The notes under the pieces are model-generated. The model was not told the DNA's origin and did no database searches. It was given only the letters and a program-made list of their open reading frames with translations. A stretch of DNA of 64,000 nt from Oculina patagonica (lineage: Eukaryota), in contig NC_135759.1 in assembly GCF_052425735.1 (NCBI RefSeq), forward strand, positions 31,310,001 through 31,374,000, in the 5' to 3' direction. This document shows positions 25,301 to 36,678 of the stretch, in pieces (positions within the stretch are counted from its first letter, which is position 1; each line of letters begins with the position of its first letter). The position numbers were made by a program, and so were the translations under genes.

Positions 25301-28300
25301 TGCATATTTCCTACCATGGCATTTACTTCCGAAAAGGACTTTGAAGAAGCTACATGATCAGCGTCAGGGTCACTGGCAATGATGTTTAGCTCATTCGTAT
25401 TGATGTTCGGACCAATTCCAATAACAAAGATGCTAACCCCGTCTTGCCGGAGCACTCTAGAAGGCTCGATGACGGAGGCTGTTCCTGAGCTCGCTCTTCC
25501 GTCAGTGAGAAGAACAAGCACTCTTGGAACACCCAACTCTATAGGTCTCACGCCGTTATCAGGGTTGCCAAACAAGTTTGTATGGGCCTCTAAGAGAGCT
25601 AAGTCAGTGCGTGTACCACCCGCTTGGTATGGAATCGTTCCAATTGCATTAAGGACGTCTTGCTTCTTGACATAAGTGTTAAAACTAAACATTATATTTG
25701 GGACGTTATGGTATCTGATGAGAGCCACTCGAGTGCCATAAGGATATCCAATGTTGAAATATTCGCACACCCTTACGATAAACTGTAGTCCAAGTTGAAA
25801 GTTTGTTACCGTGACGCTGCCAGAGGAATCCAATACAAAAGCCAAGTCGATCGGATTTTGACAATCTGTGGGAAAATGGAACATGGTAAATAATCCTATT
25901 GTTTTAGTCAAATGTTCGGACTGACTTATTCCACTTAATTGATATAACTTGTCTCCTACGAATTGAGTAATACTCGATCCAAAAGAAGATTAAGGTTCGT
26001 TCTTTACGAAATAAACATTTTATAGTTATTCTGCCGAGCAGTCTCACTCAAGAATTCTTTATAATGGCATCTACAACGTACAAGAAGTAGACGCTGTCTC
26101 TTAATGTCGCATATGTCAGTTTCTACTGCTATCAAATGCTGTTACTACTGCTATCAAATCCTGCAAGGGAAGCTTGTCTAAAAAAATTCCTGCAAGCGGT
26201 TATGCCTAAAAAAATGCATGCAACGAATGTAAATTGTCCTACAAGCCCCATTCGGTTATTTCTAATGGTCCGTCCCTAAATACAAGTCATTACCAAGGCA
26301 GCATGTGATTGGTAAAGTTCCAGGACATCCTGTTGCAGAATATTCTCCCTTACAGCTTGTCACCAATTTACACGTTCCTTTTCTTTTGCCAACTGAACAG
26401 CTTGGACCTTTCCCTTTTGACGGACATGGAAGACCAAGTACCTGTTAATACATGATGAACATAGATATTGTAAACGTGGCTTCAATGCAAGATTGTACAA
26501 CATCCATATTCCCTTTAGTATTTTTTTTTGATTTTATCATCATCATCATCATTTATTAGCCACTTCAGAATTAAACATACAAAATAACTTAAAAAGATAG
26601 GGCGAGGAGACCTCCAAGAAACCACAAGGCTTATAGAGCAGGCCACCTCGGGTTGGCTACAACGATGAATCTTTCCGGTTTATCGGCGACGGTCATAAAA
26701 AACGTTATACCTATCGTTTAAATGTTCCTGCCTTTTCCCATTTTTTACCATTGTGGTAGTAATAAAAAACCCTCCAATTCGTGAATTCTTAAAGACCTGG
26801 AATCTACAGTCCGGAGAATTCTACCCAAATCGATTGCGGATTCCGTGCACCCGACAGGCTCCCGATTTGCACACTTGTATGGTTTGCCTAAGACCCACAT
26901 AGAACGTCTGGCTATGCGCCCCATTTTATCTGCCACACAAACGTACAATTATGGATTGGCGAAATGGCTAGAGGAGAAGCTACAACCTCTGTCCTACAAC
27001 CGGTACACAATGACCGACACCTTTGAGTTTGCAAACGAAATTCGCGAGTTAAAGATCAAAGATGGTGATGTCCTATTATTGTCGTATGATGTTTCCTCGC
27101 TATTTACCAATGTGCCGCTGGAGGAAACCATACAGATACTGGCAGACAAAGCGTTTACAAACAACTGGTTCAATGAAACACACCACTTAAACCTCAGCAG
27201 ATCGGACCTCATAGACCCGTCCTCAGAGCATCCACCAAAGACCAGCTGTTCCAATTCAATGGGCAATTGTATGAACAGACCGATGGCGTCGCCATGGGTT
27301 CGCCACTGGGACCAATGTTGGCAAACGTTTTCATGGGTTACATCGAAGAAACTCTTGAGCGTGAAGGTAAAATGCCTTCATTCTACAAAAGATTATACCG
27401 TCGACGACACCTTAACCATCATGCCTGATCTAAAATCAGCGGCTACGTTTCTTCAAGTCCTCAATAATTGCCATCCATCAGTAAATTTCACCATGGAAAC
27501 AGAGAAAGACCGAGTGCTTCCCTTTCTTGGTATGCAACTGCTGAACAGAGCCCCTAACATCGAGACCAAGGTTTACATAAAACCTACGAACACAGGTCTT
27601 TTGCTCCACTACCAGAGTCATGTTGATATTCGATATAAACGAGGGCTCCTGAAAACCATGCTTGATCGTGCATATCGCTTATCATCGTGTTGGTCATATT
27701 TTTCCGAAAAATGTGACCGATTGAAAGCACTGTTCTCCCGGCTGAAATATCCGGAAAAGCTCATCAATACCACCGTCCGTTGTTTGGTTAGTTCAAAGAC
27801 CGAAGATCGACAACCAATATAAATACCAGCCACTGGCGAGAGTCCAACAGTTCGAATAGTACTACCATTCAAAGATCAGGATTCTGCAGATTTTGTACGG
27901 AAACAACTCAACGAACTAAGCCAGAAAACTCGCACAGTCATTCAACCAGTTTTGTTAGCAACAAAATCGAACAAAAGCTTAAAGTACAAGAGAAAAACCA
28001 CCTATTGTAAACCAGTAGTGTGTTGTATACAGATTTCAATGCGACTTGTGTGATGCAAGTTATGTAGGATATACACTGAGGCATTTACACCAGCGCGTGG
28101 ACGAGCACAAGAACAATACATCATCTATTGGCAAGCATAATAGAGACAAGCACTGTATTGTCCCGAAAGTCCTTGACAAACAGTTTCATGTCATCAAGAA
28201 GTGCAAGAATAAGTTTGATTATGGCGAGTATTTAGTGCATGAAATGCTACTAATCAGAGAATTGCCACCATCTCTAAATGTCCAATCAGACTCAATCCGA

Positions 28301-31300
28301 GCCAAACTATTTGCGTGACATTGCATATTTTAAATAATAATAATGGATTGATGTGTGGAGAGAAAGAACTCAGAAAAGAAATTCTGAGTTCACAGATGGG
28401 ACTCGAACCCACGACCTTCCGTACACTAGTCGGACGCTCTAACCACTGAGCTACTGTGAACTCTAATGGTGAGCAGTAGTCATTGCATATTTTATTATGT
28501 TAATCTTAAGCGAACTTTTTCTGAAAGTTTATTCTTTTCATTTTTTGTTAACTTGATAATGGAGTCATGACGACTCCGAAACGTCGTTCGTTATTATCGT
28601 TTATTTTTACTTGCTTGTGTAATTCTTGTTTTAGGGTTAAAATAATCTCTTGTGACTGTCTTCAAAATAGAAACGGTTAATTTTACCGTGAGCGTATGTC
28701 GCCAGTATTGGAACAATTTTTCGATACCAGCTGTACTTTGCTGAACATTGATAGATAATTGCGCGAAGCCGTATTCAGTTCCATTGCAGAAGTTCCCTAA
28801 GTTCCCAGTGGGCGAGCTGCTGTTGTCAGCTGAGCTATATCCATTCGTCCATAACCACGCAGCAACATGGAATCCAACGGAAGGAAACGCCACAATCTCT
28901 GGCTGACCTGCAAGTGCATTATAAAAAATAATTCATCTAAATACTACCCATTTCAATTGATAAGAGAGAAGACGAAAGGAAAAATAGCGGAAGTTTTCGT
29001 GGTGTCAAATAAACGGACAGCGGTAAGCCTTTATTTTGGGTTGCCGTACGAAAGCTAGCTAGACCAATGAAAGACGACAAATCGAAACGGTGTATTGGCT
29101 GTTTACAATGCGGGATATTGCCGTTTTTGCACTTTTTATCATCTTGTTAAAAAAGGAAATATTGAAATGAAAGTCAACAAGTTCAGACATACAGATGGTT
29201 CTTAATGGTCCAATCAAGTCTGTCAAACAGAAACTAGTGTCAATTCAATCTCCCTAAACAATGATTTAAAGAGATAAGGATTGGACTGGTTTGAAAAATC
29301 ATAATTTGGTTTTTGTTGGCCTCAATGAAAATCATGCTTAGGCCGACTTGTATGAAAAGGTAACTGGTCACTGTTTGGAAAACCTCTTTTTCAATAGCAG
29401 AATTGACGTGCTATATATTTCATTGCCACCTTAAGGTTTTGGTATCATGTAAAAATTAAGGCAGGATTGACCAAAAACCACGTCTGTTTAGTAATATTTA
29501 AATAGGTAATGATATATTTAAGTGTATACTTACGGATAATGTTGTTATTAATCGAAGATTTTGCAAGTTGGTACATGTGTTTTCCAATCAGAGGCAGAAA
29601 TCCTCGACTGATGTACTTGCGTGCATCAGCCTCTTTAGTATTTCCCAAGTTTTCTTTTCCTATGTATTCCTGTCCATCAGAGCTCTCCTCAGAAAAATTC
29701 ATTCCTGATGTTTGATATAATATCTAAGGAAAGAGAGAGTACTGTTAATGTGCTAGTTGATTATTTATCTGTGGTAAACAAAAGAAGTTCAGCATTACTT
29801 TTGATTGTGGCAAACATATGACTCCACGTTAACTGAATGGAACATTGAAGTGGAATACACTAATAAACCAAACCATTCAGACCGTCGTGCCTTCTTGCGG
29901 ATGCTTTGTTTCTCAGAAATAAAACATAGATCTTTAATCAGAAGGGAAACTGTAATGGAAATACGAAGAACTTTGCATAGGTATTTTCGAGACGCTGCCA
30001 TGTCTAGATCATAGGAGTATTAAAAATTGAAGGGTGCATTCCATACAATGGTTGATAATGTTTATTATGAACGATAGGAACTTATAGGGAAGGAAAGAAA
30101 CCAAAACGAACTAAACAAATAAAGTAATATGGATAAATTTGAAAATTTCCTGTTCTCAAATTCATCAACAGCTGAGCTTGAAATCATGAAGGTGCATATC
30201 CTTTGGATACTATCCAAAATATATGCACCTTTATAGTATACTGTGGAACCTCGATTTAACGAACCTCTATATCGCGAAGTCCTCGATATAACAAAAGATA
30301 TTCTTCGCCTCAGTAATAGTAAAATATATGGAAAGGTACCTCGATTTAAAGAAACCTCGTTATAGCGAACATATTTTGCCAGTCTCTTGGCCCTTCGTTA
30401 TACCGAGGTTCCACTGTACTACAGTTATGGGTGCGTAAGAAGCAGCTTAAAATTTTTCTTTAAACTCACTTGTGCAGTAAATGCTGCTATTTCTTGTCTG
30501 TTCGTGATCCCAGCCTCACTCAGTGCTTGCATATAAAAAGGATATAATGCCCTTGTCCTTGTTGTATCCCCAACCATCTTCAGGTAAGAATCCAGAGAAA
30601 CATTGATGTTTTGCGGGATGTTAGGAACTATTGTGCTATCCAAAATACAGCAAACAGTGTTTTGGTCCGTGAGGGTTGAATTTCTTAAGGTGGCTCCTGG
30701 GCAGTCTCTAGCTTCCATGTAGTAACCACGGAAATATGGAGAGTACTTTGAGTAACACTTTAGGCAGTCGATTTTTTCTGTAGCGAAAAAGAAGAAAACA
30801 ATTTTCATAAGCGCTTTACCTTTCACCGGTGTGAAACATAATTAAACAATTGCTTCAACTTTGAAAGAACCTTGTTTGAAGATCCCTAATCTATCCAATT
30901 TAGCACAAAGTGTATATCAAAAAAATTGTAATAATGATTAGGCAAATCTGTCTGAAGCGGTTCTCTTACTTAGAGGTGGTATTTATTAAACAAATAATTT
31001 AGTTTTTGTTTAATTTATGGATTGCGCCGCAGTAGGGAAGAATATTCCTTTGTCAACTGGATTGAAGCTAATTGCAAAATGTGAATTAATTCGCGACGGC
31101 GGCCGCCGCCGTGTAACAAACGACCCAAAATGTCCCATCCATAAGTTTGTAAATCGGCAGCACGAGAAAAAAGCTCATCCATACCAACTGAATACAATTC
31201 GTTAAGTTAAACCAAGTCAAAAAGAACCGAAAATCAGTGAAAACCAACTGAAAGTTTTAAATTTTACATGCGGACTTTTCAATGATAAACAATAACAGTA

Positions 31301-32363
31301 CAATGAAACTTCAGCAAACAGATCCCTCTGCAAAATCAACAACAAGCGTTCTTTTACCCTTCTTCCCTTTTGAAGCGGCATTCGGCATTTGGATCTTGTC
31401 ACATCTATCACAGATAGCTATATCTAGGGTCAACTGTGTGTGTCTTGTTTGGTTTTATTAGTGCATGAAAAAGAGGTAAACAATGATTTTGTGGTTTATT
31501 TGTTTTGGTGCCAGTGCGCCGTTTCTTTCACAAAATTTTATTTTTTATTCCGAAATAGTCCACAAACTTGAAATGGGTAAGAAAAGACTAATAAGCGAGC
31601 CCTGTTTTGTTTATAACTTCCTATTTTCCGCCTCTCACTTTGCCTAACAGCAGGTTCTCTATTGTTTGAAGTTTCCATGGTGGTTTCACAGTAGGAATAA
31701 ATTAAACAAATGTAAGAAAGAATCTACAAGAACACACTAAAAGACCTATTGGAGTTCACTAACAAGAATAAAGTAAACGAACACATTAGTATGAGTTGTT
31801 AAGGCATAATGACAATGATGTTAGTATAATTAAAAAATGTTTCAGGCTCCTTGTCATACTTTATACACAGTCAAGTTTGTTAGCAAAGTTTTAGAAGCAT
31901 AATAGCAATATTAGCCGTGTCTGCAAAAGCAGGCATGGCTTACATTCTTCAGGTGTAGGTAAAGGAAAAGTTTCAATTAGAAACTTTTTTGAAAGGCTAG
32001 TTATGAAAATAATGGAAATCACCCAACTATCTTCCCTCCCATTTCCTATGTCTGTCGTTGACAACAGCACAAATTCCTAATTTCCATTGGTCTAGTCAAG
32101 TACATTAACTTTTTAGCAGAACTTAGTTTGGCATGGTCGCCGCGTTTATTTAAATGTTTTCTTACTGTCTGGCATCCCATCGCCTCCGTGTTATCTTCCC
32201 TCTAGCTCTTGCGTCAATATTGTGTCAATCGTTTTGTACCAAAATTGCCATTTTTGTCCTGTTTTTGAACTCGATTTACCTCTCATAAAACGTTAGAAAT
32301 ATGTCTCTAGTGCTTACCTTGCAAAAGGAACAGTACCATGAAAAGAATGGTTCTCGTCGCCAT
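16344..32363 (-). CDS. Gene B: GAIN-less adhesion-GPCR-type 7TM receptor with SP, GH19-like, Cys, VWA and PPC-like ectodomain and a large ICL1 exon (one apparent +1 frameshift)
   Basis: Exons 32318-32363, 30470-30777, 29534-29723, 28687-28907, 26294-26441, 25284-25865, 24281-24756, 23830-23963 (TM1), 22451-23393 (ICL1 insert), 21848-21947 (TM2), 21252-21411 (TM3 IACAVVAITMNYLSLVTLCWLIVQALYL), 20125-20188, 19580-19646 (HCWIS), 18895-18992, 16792-16918 (TWLLG..FTIFNALQ), 16371/16344-16505 (GFGFFLFYVLLNPEVR). Phases are consistent throughout except for one extra base inside 22451-23393. Confidence 0.85.
17135..18349. mobile_element. Foldback element: near-perfect inverted arms of about 576 bp with a 63-bp spacer
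   Basis: Arms 17135-17710 and 17774-18349. GGTATTACC occurs at 17126-17134 and 18350-18358 (possible 9-bp TSD, MULE/foldback-like). Confidence 0.92.
20247..21164 (+). mobile_element. Helentron/HINE-like non-autonomous element carrying a tRNA-like cassette
   Basis: Sub-terminal IR AGCGGAGCT...AGCTCCGCT, 3' hairpin TTTAGGC-TT-GCCTAAA, GTACGGC microrepeat. tRNA-like A/B boxes at 20725-20800 on the minus strand. Confidence 0.6.
25284..25865 (-). other. VWA domain exon of gene B
   Basis: IDLAFVLDSSGSV, GGTRT, LLTDG: intact MIDAS. 582-nt phase-1/1 exon. Confidence 0.95.
28333..28480 (-). mobile_element. tRNA-derived SINE fragment inserted in the Penelope 3' region
   Basis: A box TAGCTCAGTGG and B box GGTTCGAGTCC on the minus strand. 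14-bp TSD CATTGCATATTTTA at 28319-28332 and 28481-28494. Confidence 0.85.
28552..28586 (+). ncRNA. Candidate variant minimal hammerhead ribozyme at the Penelope 3' end
   Basis: CTTGATAAT-GGAGTC-ATGAC-GACTCC-GAAAC: a CUGA-like core, a stem II hairpin and GAAA. Penelope-like elements are known to carry small hammerhead variants. Confidence 0.5.
28687..30777 (-). other. GH19-like pseudo-chitinase domain of gene B
   Basis: AGITNRQEIAAFTAQ-ILYQTSGMNFSEE...YIGKENLGN...SRGFLPLIGKHMY...AAWLW. Carries the same degenerate catalytic residues as gene A. Confidence 0.85.
30241..30416. mobile_element. Tigger-like MITE
   Basis: C(T)GTGGAACCTCG...CGAGGTTCCACTG flanked by TA. Absent from the gene A intron. 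Confidence 0.85.
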
Positions 32364-34883
32364 TTTCAGCAGACAATTGCTTCAACCTTGAACTGTTTGT
32401 GCTGTTTGTGAGAGAAAATGTACATAAGAGACATCTGAGAAAGTGTCCAACAAAGATCGATTGTAAGAACGCAAACAGCAAAAGCAAACACAGACTGATA
32501 TTATCTACTTGATTTTCCCTTACATTAAAGGATCTTGCAAGATCAAACATCAGATGAAAATGTTATGTAATCCATATTTTTTTGACAGACTGTACCAATT
32601 AAAGTAAATATGACGACCATACAGATTGTATCTAACTTAAGGCCTCACTGTTGTTCAACAAGACATTTTTATGGCAGCCGGTTCTTGCTATTAAAAGTAT
32701 GTAGCATTTGGCTTATTTTAGGAATGATAAGGTGAAACTAAAATACCAAAATTCAATAAAGCGGCCCCAACCATGTAAACTACAATGCAACTCAGCGGTG
32801 AAGTTATTAAAAGTGCAGTTAAAGTTTTATATCTCTTGTGAGCCTATAGTCTCAAAAGTCATAACAATTTCTATTTTTATGCTGTCTCAATCAAAGGGTG
32901 ACGTATTTTACATTAACATAATAAAGGCGTACATATCCAGTGTACAGTAGGTCACTTAAAGATGAATAATTTCAGCAATAATCCAAATATTAAACCAACC
33001 TGGAGTATATTGTAATTTTGTCCTTGTTGTTCTTTTGTGCGGTTGACATTGGAGTTTGTAATCTACTACGGTCATGCTTAAGGTAAACACATATTCAAAA
33101 TTCGCTTCCACCAAAATATGTTAACATACATTTCATTACTGCCTACACATTGCTTTCAGAATGAAATCCTTCTACTGCAAACACAGTTGAAGTCAGAGAA
33201 GAACGGGGGCGGGAAGAAGGGGGGTGGGGGGGTGTTGGTGGGGAACAGGGTGAAGGTGTATCGGTGGGCCGCCATTTGTTTATCCTCTGCTATTGCGCCT
33301 GCATTCCTGTGCTTCTATGTAACGTTTTCAGTATAACTTGGTAATCACAGCTATTGTAGATTCTAGTGAATGAAGCATTACAAAGACTTCTACCCAGCTC
33401 ATTCATCATTTTAGGGTGTAGGAGGTAAATTGTTCTTTCTTTTTATTATTCGAACAGATAACTTCTATTACAGAACTTGCTTTATTTTCTTGCTTTATTT
33501 TCAGTTTTCCTTGTTTGTGAATGGATAGAACTCGCTTCATTCTGTAAAAAAAATTATTTTACTGTTTGAATTTCTAGGAGGACTTCCACTGTTTGAAATG
33601 GTTTTTGTCGAGTTTATCTCCATTTATAGGTTTGGGTTAGCTTGTGAAGCGTACATTTTCAGTCCAACTACGGATAGGCCATCTGTCAAAACAATGCAAT
33701 GGTAATGCAAAGTTCATGGGTTTGAATGCATCGACAGTTCGCCTTGGATTTTTCTCGGTAAAACTAAGTTGCTTCGTTACTATATGATAATTCCACTGAA
33801 GCTTACACGTTCAAACAATGAAAATAAACTAAGTGTCCAGGACTACAAATGTTATTCTCATTATAGCAAGTCATAAGTGATAATTTATTCTGAAAGGTTT
33901 CAATCTACGATCTTAAAAACGAGCTTATAGTTGTGAATCTTTATCTCTCCTAAACTACAGAAAAAAGCAAACGTTTCAGTAGCACTTGAGGGAGGGCGTC
34001 TCATAGTTATAGCATAAAAAAAGTTAGTATGGTTACCAATTTCCAGTAAACGCAAACAACATTCGATGACTAAAGAATCACACTAAAAAGTCACATATCG
34101 CATGTTAAGTCATGAATTATATACTTAATATGGACGTTAATCAAATAAGTCAATGTTACCTGGATGTTTCAGCCGATGGTTGGTCAATTCTTCCCGTCTA
34201 AGACCGTTTGCGACGCGTCGAACGTCATGGCGTAGGCATACAAAATAGTCTAAAATCACACTATTACGGACACAGAGATGCTAATATGGTTGCTTTGGAT
34301 TTTATTGAAATTCAGTCTGTCATTAGGGGCAGGCCACATTAAGTGCATTGAAAACACTACAAAACACAACTCCCTTGGGCGACCTACAATAGTCACCTAC
34401 AAATTGGTTTTGCTCTGGTAATTAGCCGTTTTGTTTTTGTGTTCAAAGGAAACAAAACATTCTCTTAATGGCTTCGATAGCAAATCAATGAGCAAATATG
34501 AAATATTGTTTTTAAGGTGCGACTCGCTGTCATTGCTTAAATATCGTACGTCAACAACGACAGTAAAGTGGAATGATTTTGTTATAGGAGTTTTAAGATT
34601 GTATGTAAAGCGAGTTTTTTATTTATTTAATGTCGAATTGTTTTTATATTAATTATCAGTTATGTCGACCTCAGTGTTTAAAGTGACAGTTTACGACAAC
34701 AAGAGAAACAAAGGGATCAAGAACCAAATACCTGCATTTAAGACGTAAGGTTGACAGTTTATTCAGGCGACACTTAAGTACAACGACATTAAAGATCAAG
34801 AGAGCCTTTATTTGCGATGTAATGAACATAGCATGATCTGGTACTAACTTTAAAGCATTTATGTAAATAATTTCATAATCAGT

Positions 34884-35621
34884 CAGGCCCGTAGGGAGTG
34901 GGGTTTGTTGCCCCCCCCCCCCCCCCACGAGCCTTAGAAGCCCGGTCATTGTGAAAAAAAAACTGAAAATAAATAAATAAAGGGAAATGGTATTTCTGTA
35001 CTTCGACATTTTATATTTAATTAGGTCTTTTGGGTTGAAGGCCCGCCATTTGTACATTCGTGTGGTATATTTTGGACAAAATTGTGTGATTCTAGGTTTA
35101 TTTCAACGATACATTCTACCTAATGTCCTTTATAGTCGAACCGTTCGAAGTACCAGTAATCTTCCCAGGCTCTAGCAAAAAGAGAGGAGACTGGGTTCTT
35201 GTTGAGCTCGGAAGCACCCAAGAAGGTTGGAGCTTGCCACAGTGCTAAAAGATCAACAAACCGACTCTGGCTGATATATGTAATTACCATTTGACACTGA
35301 AATGAAGAAACAAATCTTTTTCCTGTCTTCCTCCTATGTACTGCCGCCATTGTTAGCTAAATAAATTGTAAATGACGTTTTCAAGGTTCTGTTTCGAAAA
35401 ATATGATTTGAATTTAAAAATGTACCAGAATTATTGTCGTTGTTACCTGTACTTTTACCTGCCTTTTTTTTAACAAACTGTCTTCAAAACGCACGAAATG
35501 CTGTCTAAGAAAACCTATTTTTTCAAAATTTCCTGGGGGAGGATACCCCCAGCCCCCCCTCCCCCCTATGTTATCGCACTTGAGGCGCTCATTCGCGCAC
35601 ACCCCTATGCAAAATCCTGGT
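34884..35621. mobile_element. hAT-like MITE
   Basis: CAGGCCCGTA...TATGGGTCTG termini; imperfect 8-bp TSD TAATCAGT/TAATGTGT. Confidence 0.6.
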
Positions 35622-36678
35622 TATGGGTCTGTAATGTGTAGAAATTCATTGCCTTCTCGAATACTTGACCACTTCATCATAACTGTCAAAACCTCCAAAC
35701 GAAGCATTTTTGACAATAAAGGATGTATGTTTGAAAGTATGGAAGACGAAGGACAGAAGAAGAACATAACGTATGCAAAAAGATCAATTTCGCCATTCTT
35801 TTAGAAAGAGGTAAAAAGACGACGGTTTGAACGTCAAATTGGCAACAGAAGATAAATCAGATAAAACCCCGAGATTTATCCGTTTTACCTAAGCTGTAAA
35901 CCTTTCTGAGCATGTGACATGTAAACCAGAACTTATCCAAAACATCCGAGTGTAAACAAACATTACACAGTCATTGCGATGAAAATAAAAAAAAGAACTG
36001 GTTAAAATGTCTTGGAAACTTGCACTCAAATAAAAATAAAATAAGGAAACCACAATCTAGAAGCGTTTGATGCATTCAATCAATTAACTAATTAACTTAT
36101 AACCCCATATGGGCGCGGGTATAAACTGAAACCTGGGAGTTGTGAGTCCTCGGAAAAAGATCACATAAAAAAGGGCAAACAGACATCAATAACTGATGCT
36201 ACAACGTGATATGAACCAAGATATTTTATTTTAATAGACATTTGCTAGAAAGGTAAATTATTTTTCTTCCATTTTAACCCACTGTCATTATATGTTCTAT
36301 ACATTAGATTTTGTACAGGCCAAATCGAATCTCTTTTTGGCAGGTTATTAATACGAAAACTTAATAAAATGAACGGGATATAATTATCTTTACAGTAGTC
36401 ATGATCATAAATAAGGGTGTTTCTTGTAAATACATGGATTAAGGATATATTATTTTCATCACAGGTTTTGACCAAAATTATAACATTTTGCAAGAGTCAA
36501 ATAGGTATATACAAAGAGGAAAAAGGAAATTTAACATGTACGAATAATGATTTGCCTTTGAATATAGACGTCAGAAGGAGTACAGATGGTGCAAGCTAAA
36601 ATTACGCTATTCAAATGGATTGCCATGTTGGCTGTAGAGTTGTAGATGTCATTTAACAATCATGTTTCTTCAATGCCT

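Larger units (their letters stand above)
26790..28590 (+). mobile_element. Penelope-like retroelement (RT plus GIY-YIG endonuclease), 5'-truncated and degenerate, in a gene B intron
   Basis: LYGLPKTH..MRPILS, SYDVSSLFTNVP, QTDGVAMGSPLGP (shifted frame), VDD, FTMETE...LPFLG, then CDASYVGYT.RHLHQRVDEH (GIY-YIG). Contains frameshifts and stops. Absent from the homologous intron of gene A. Confidence 0.93.
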
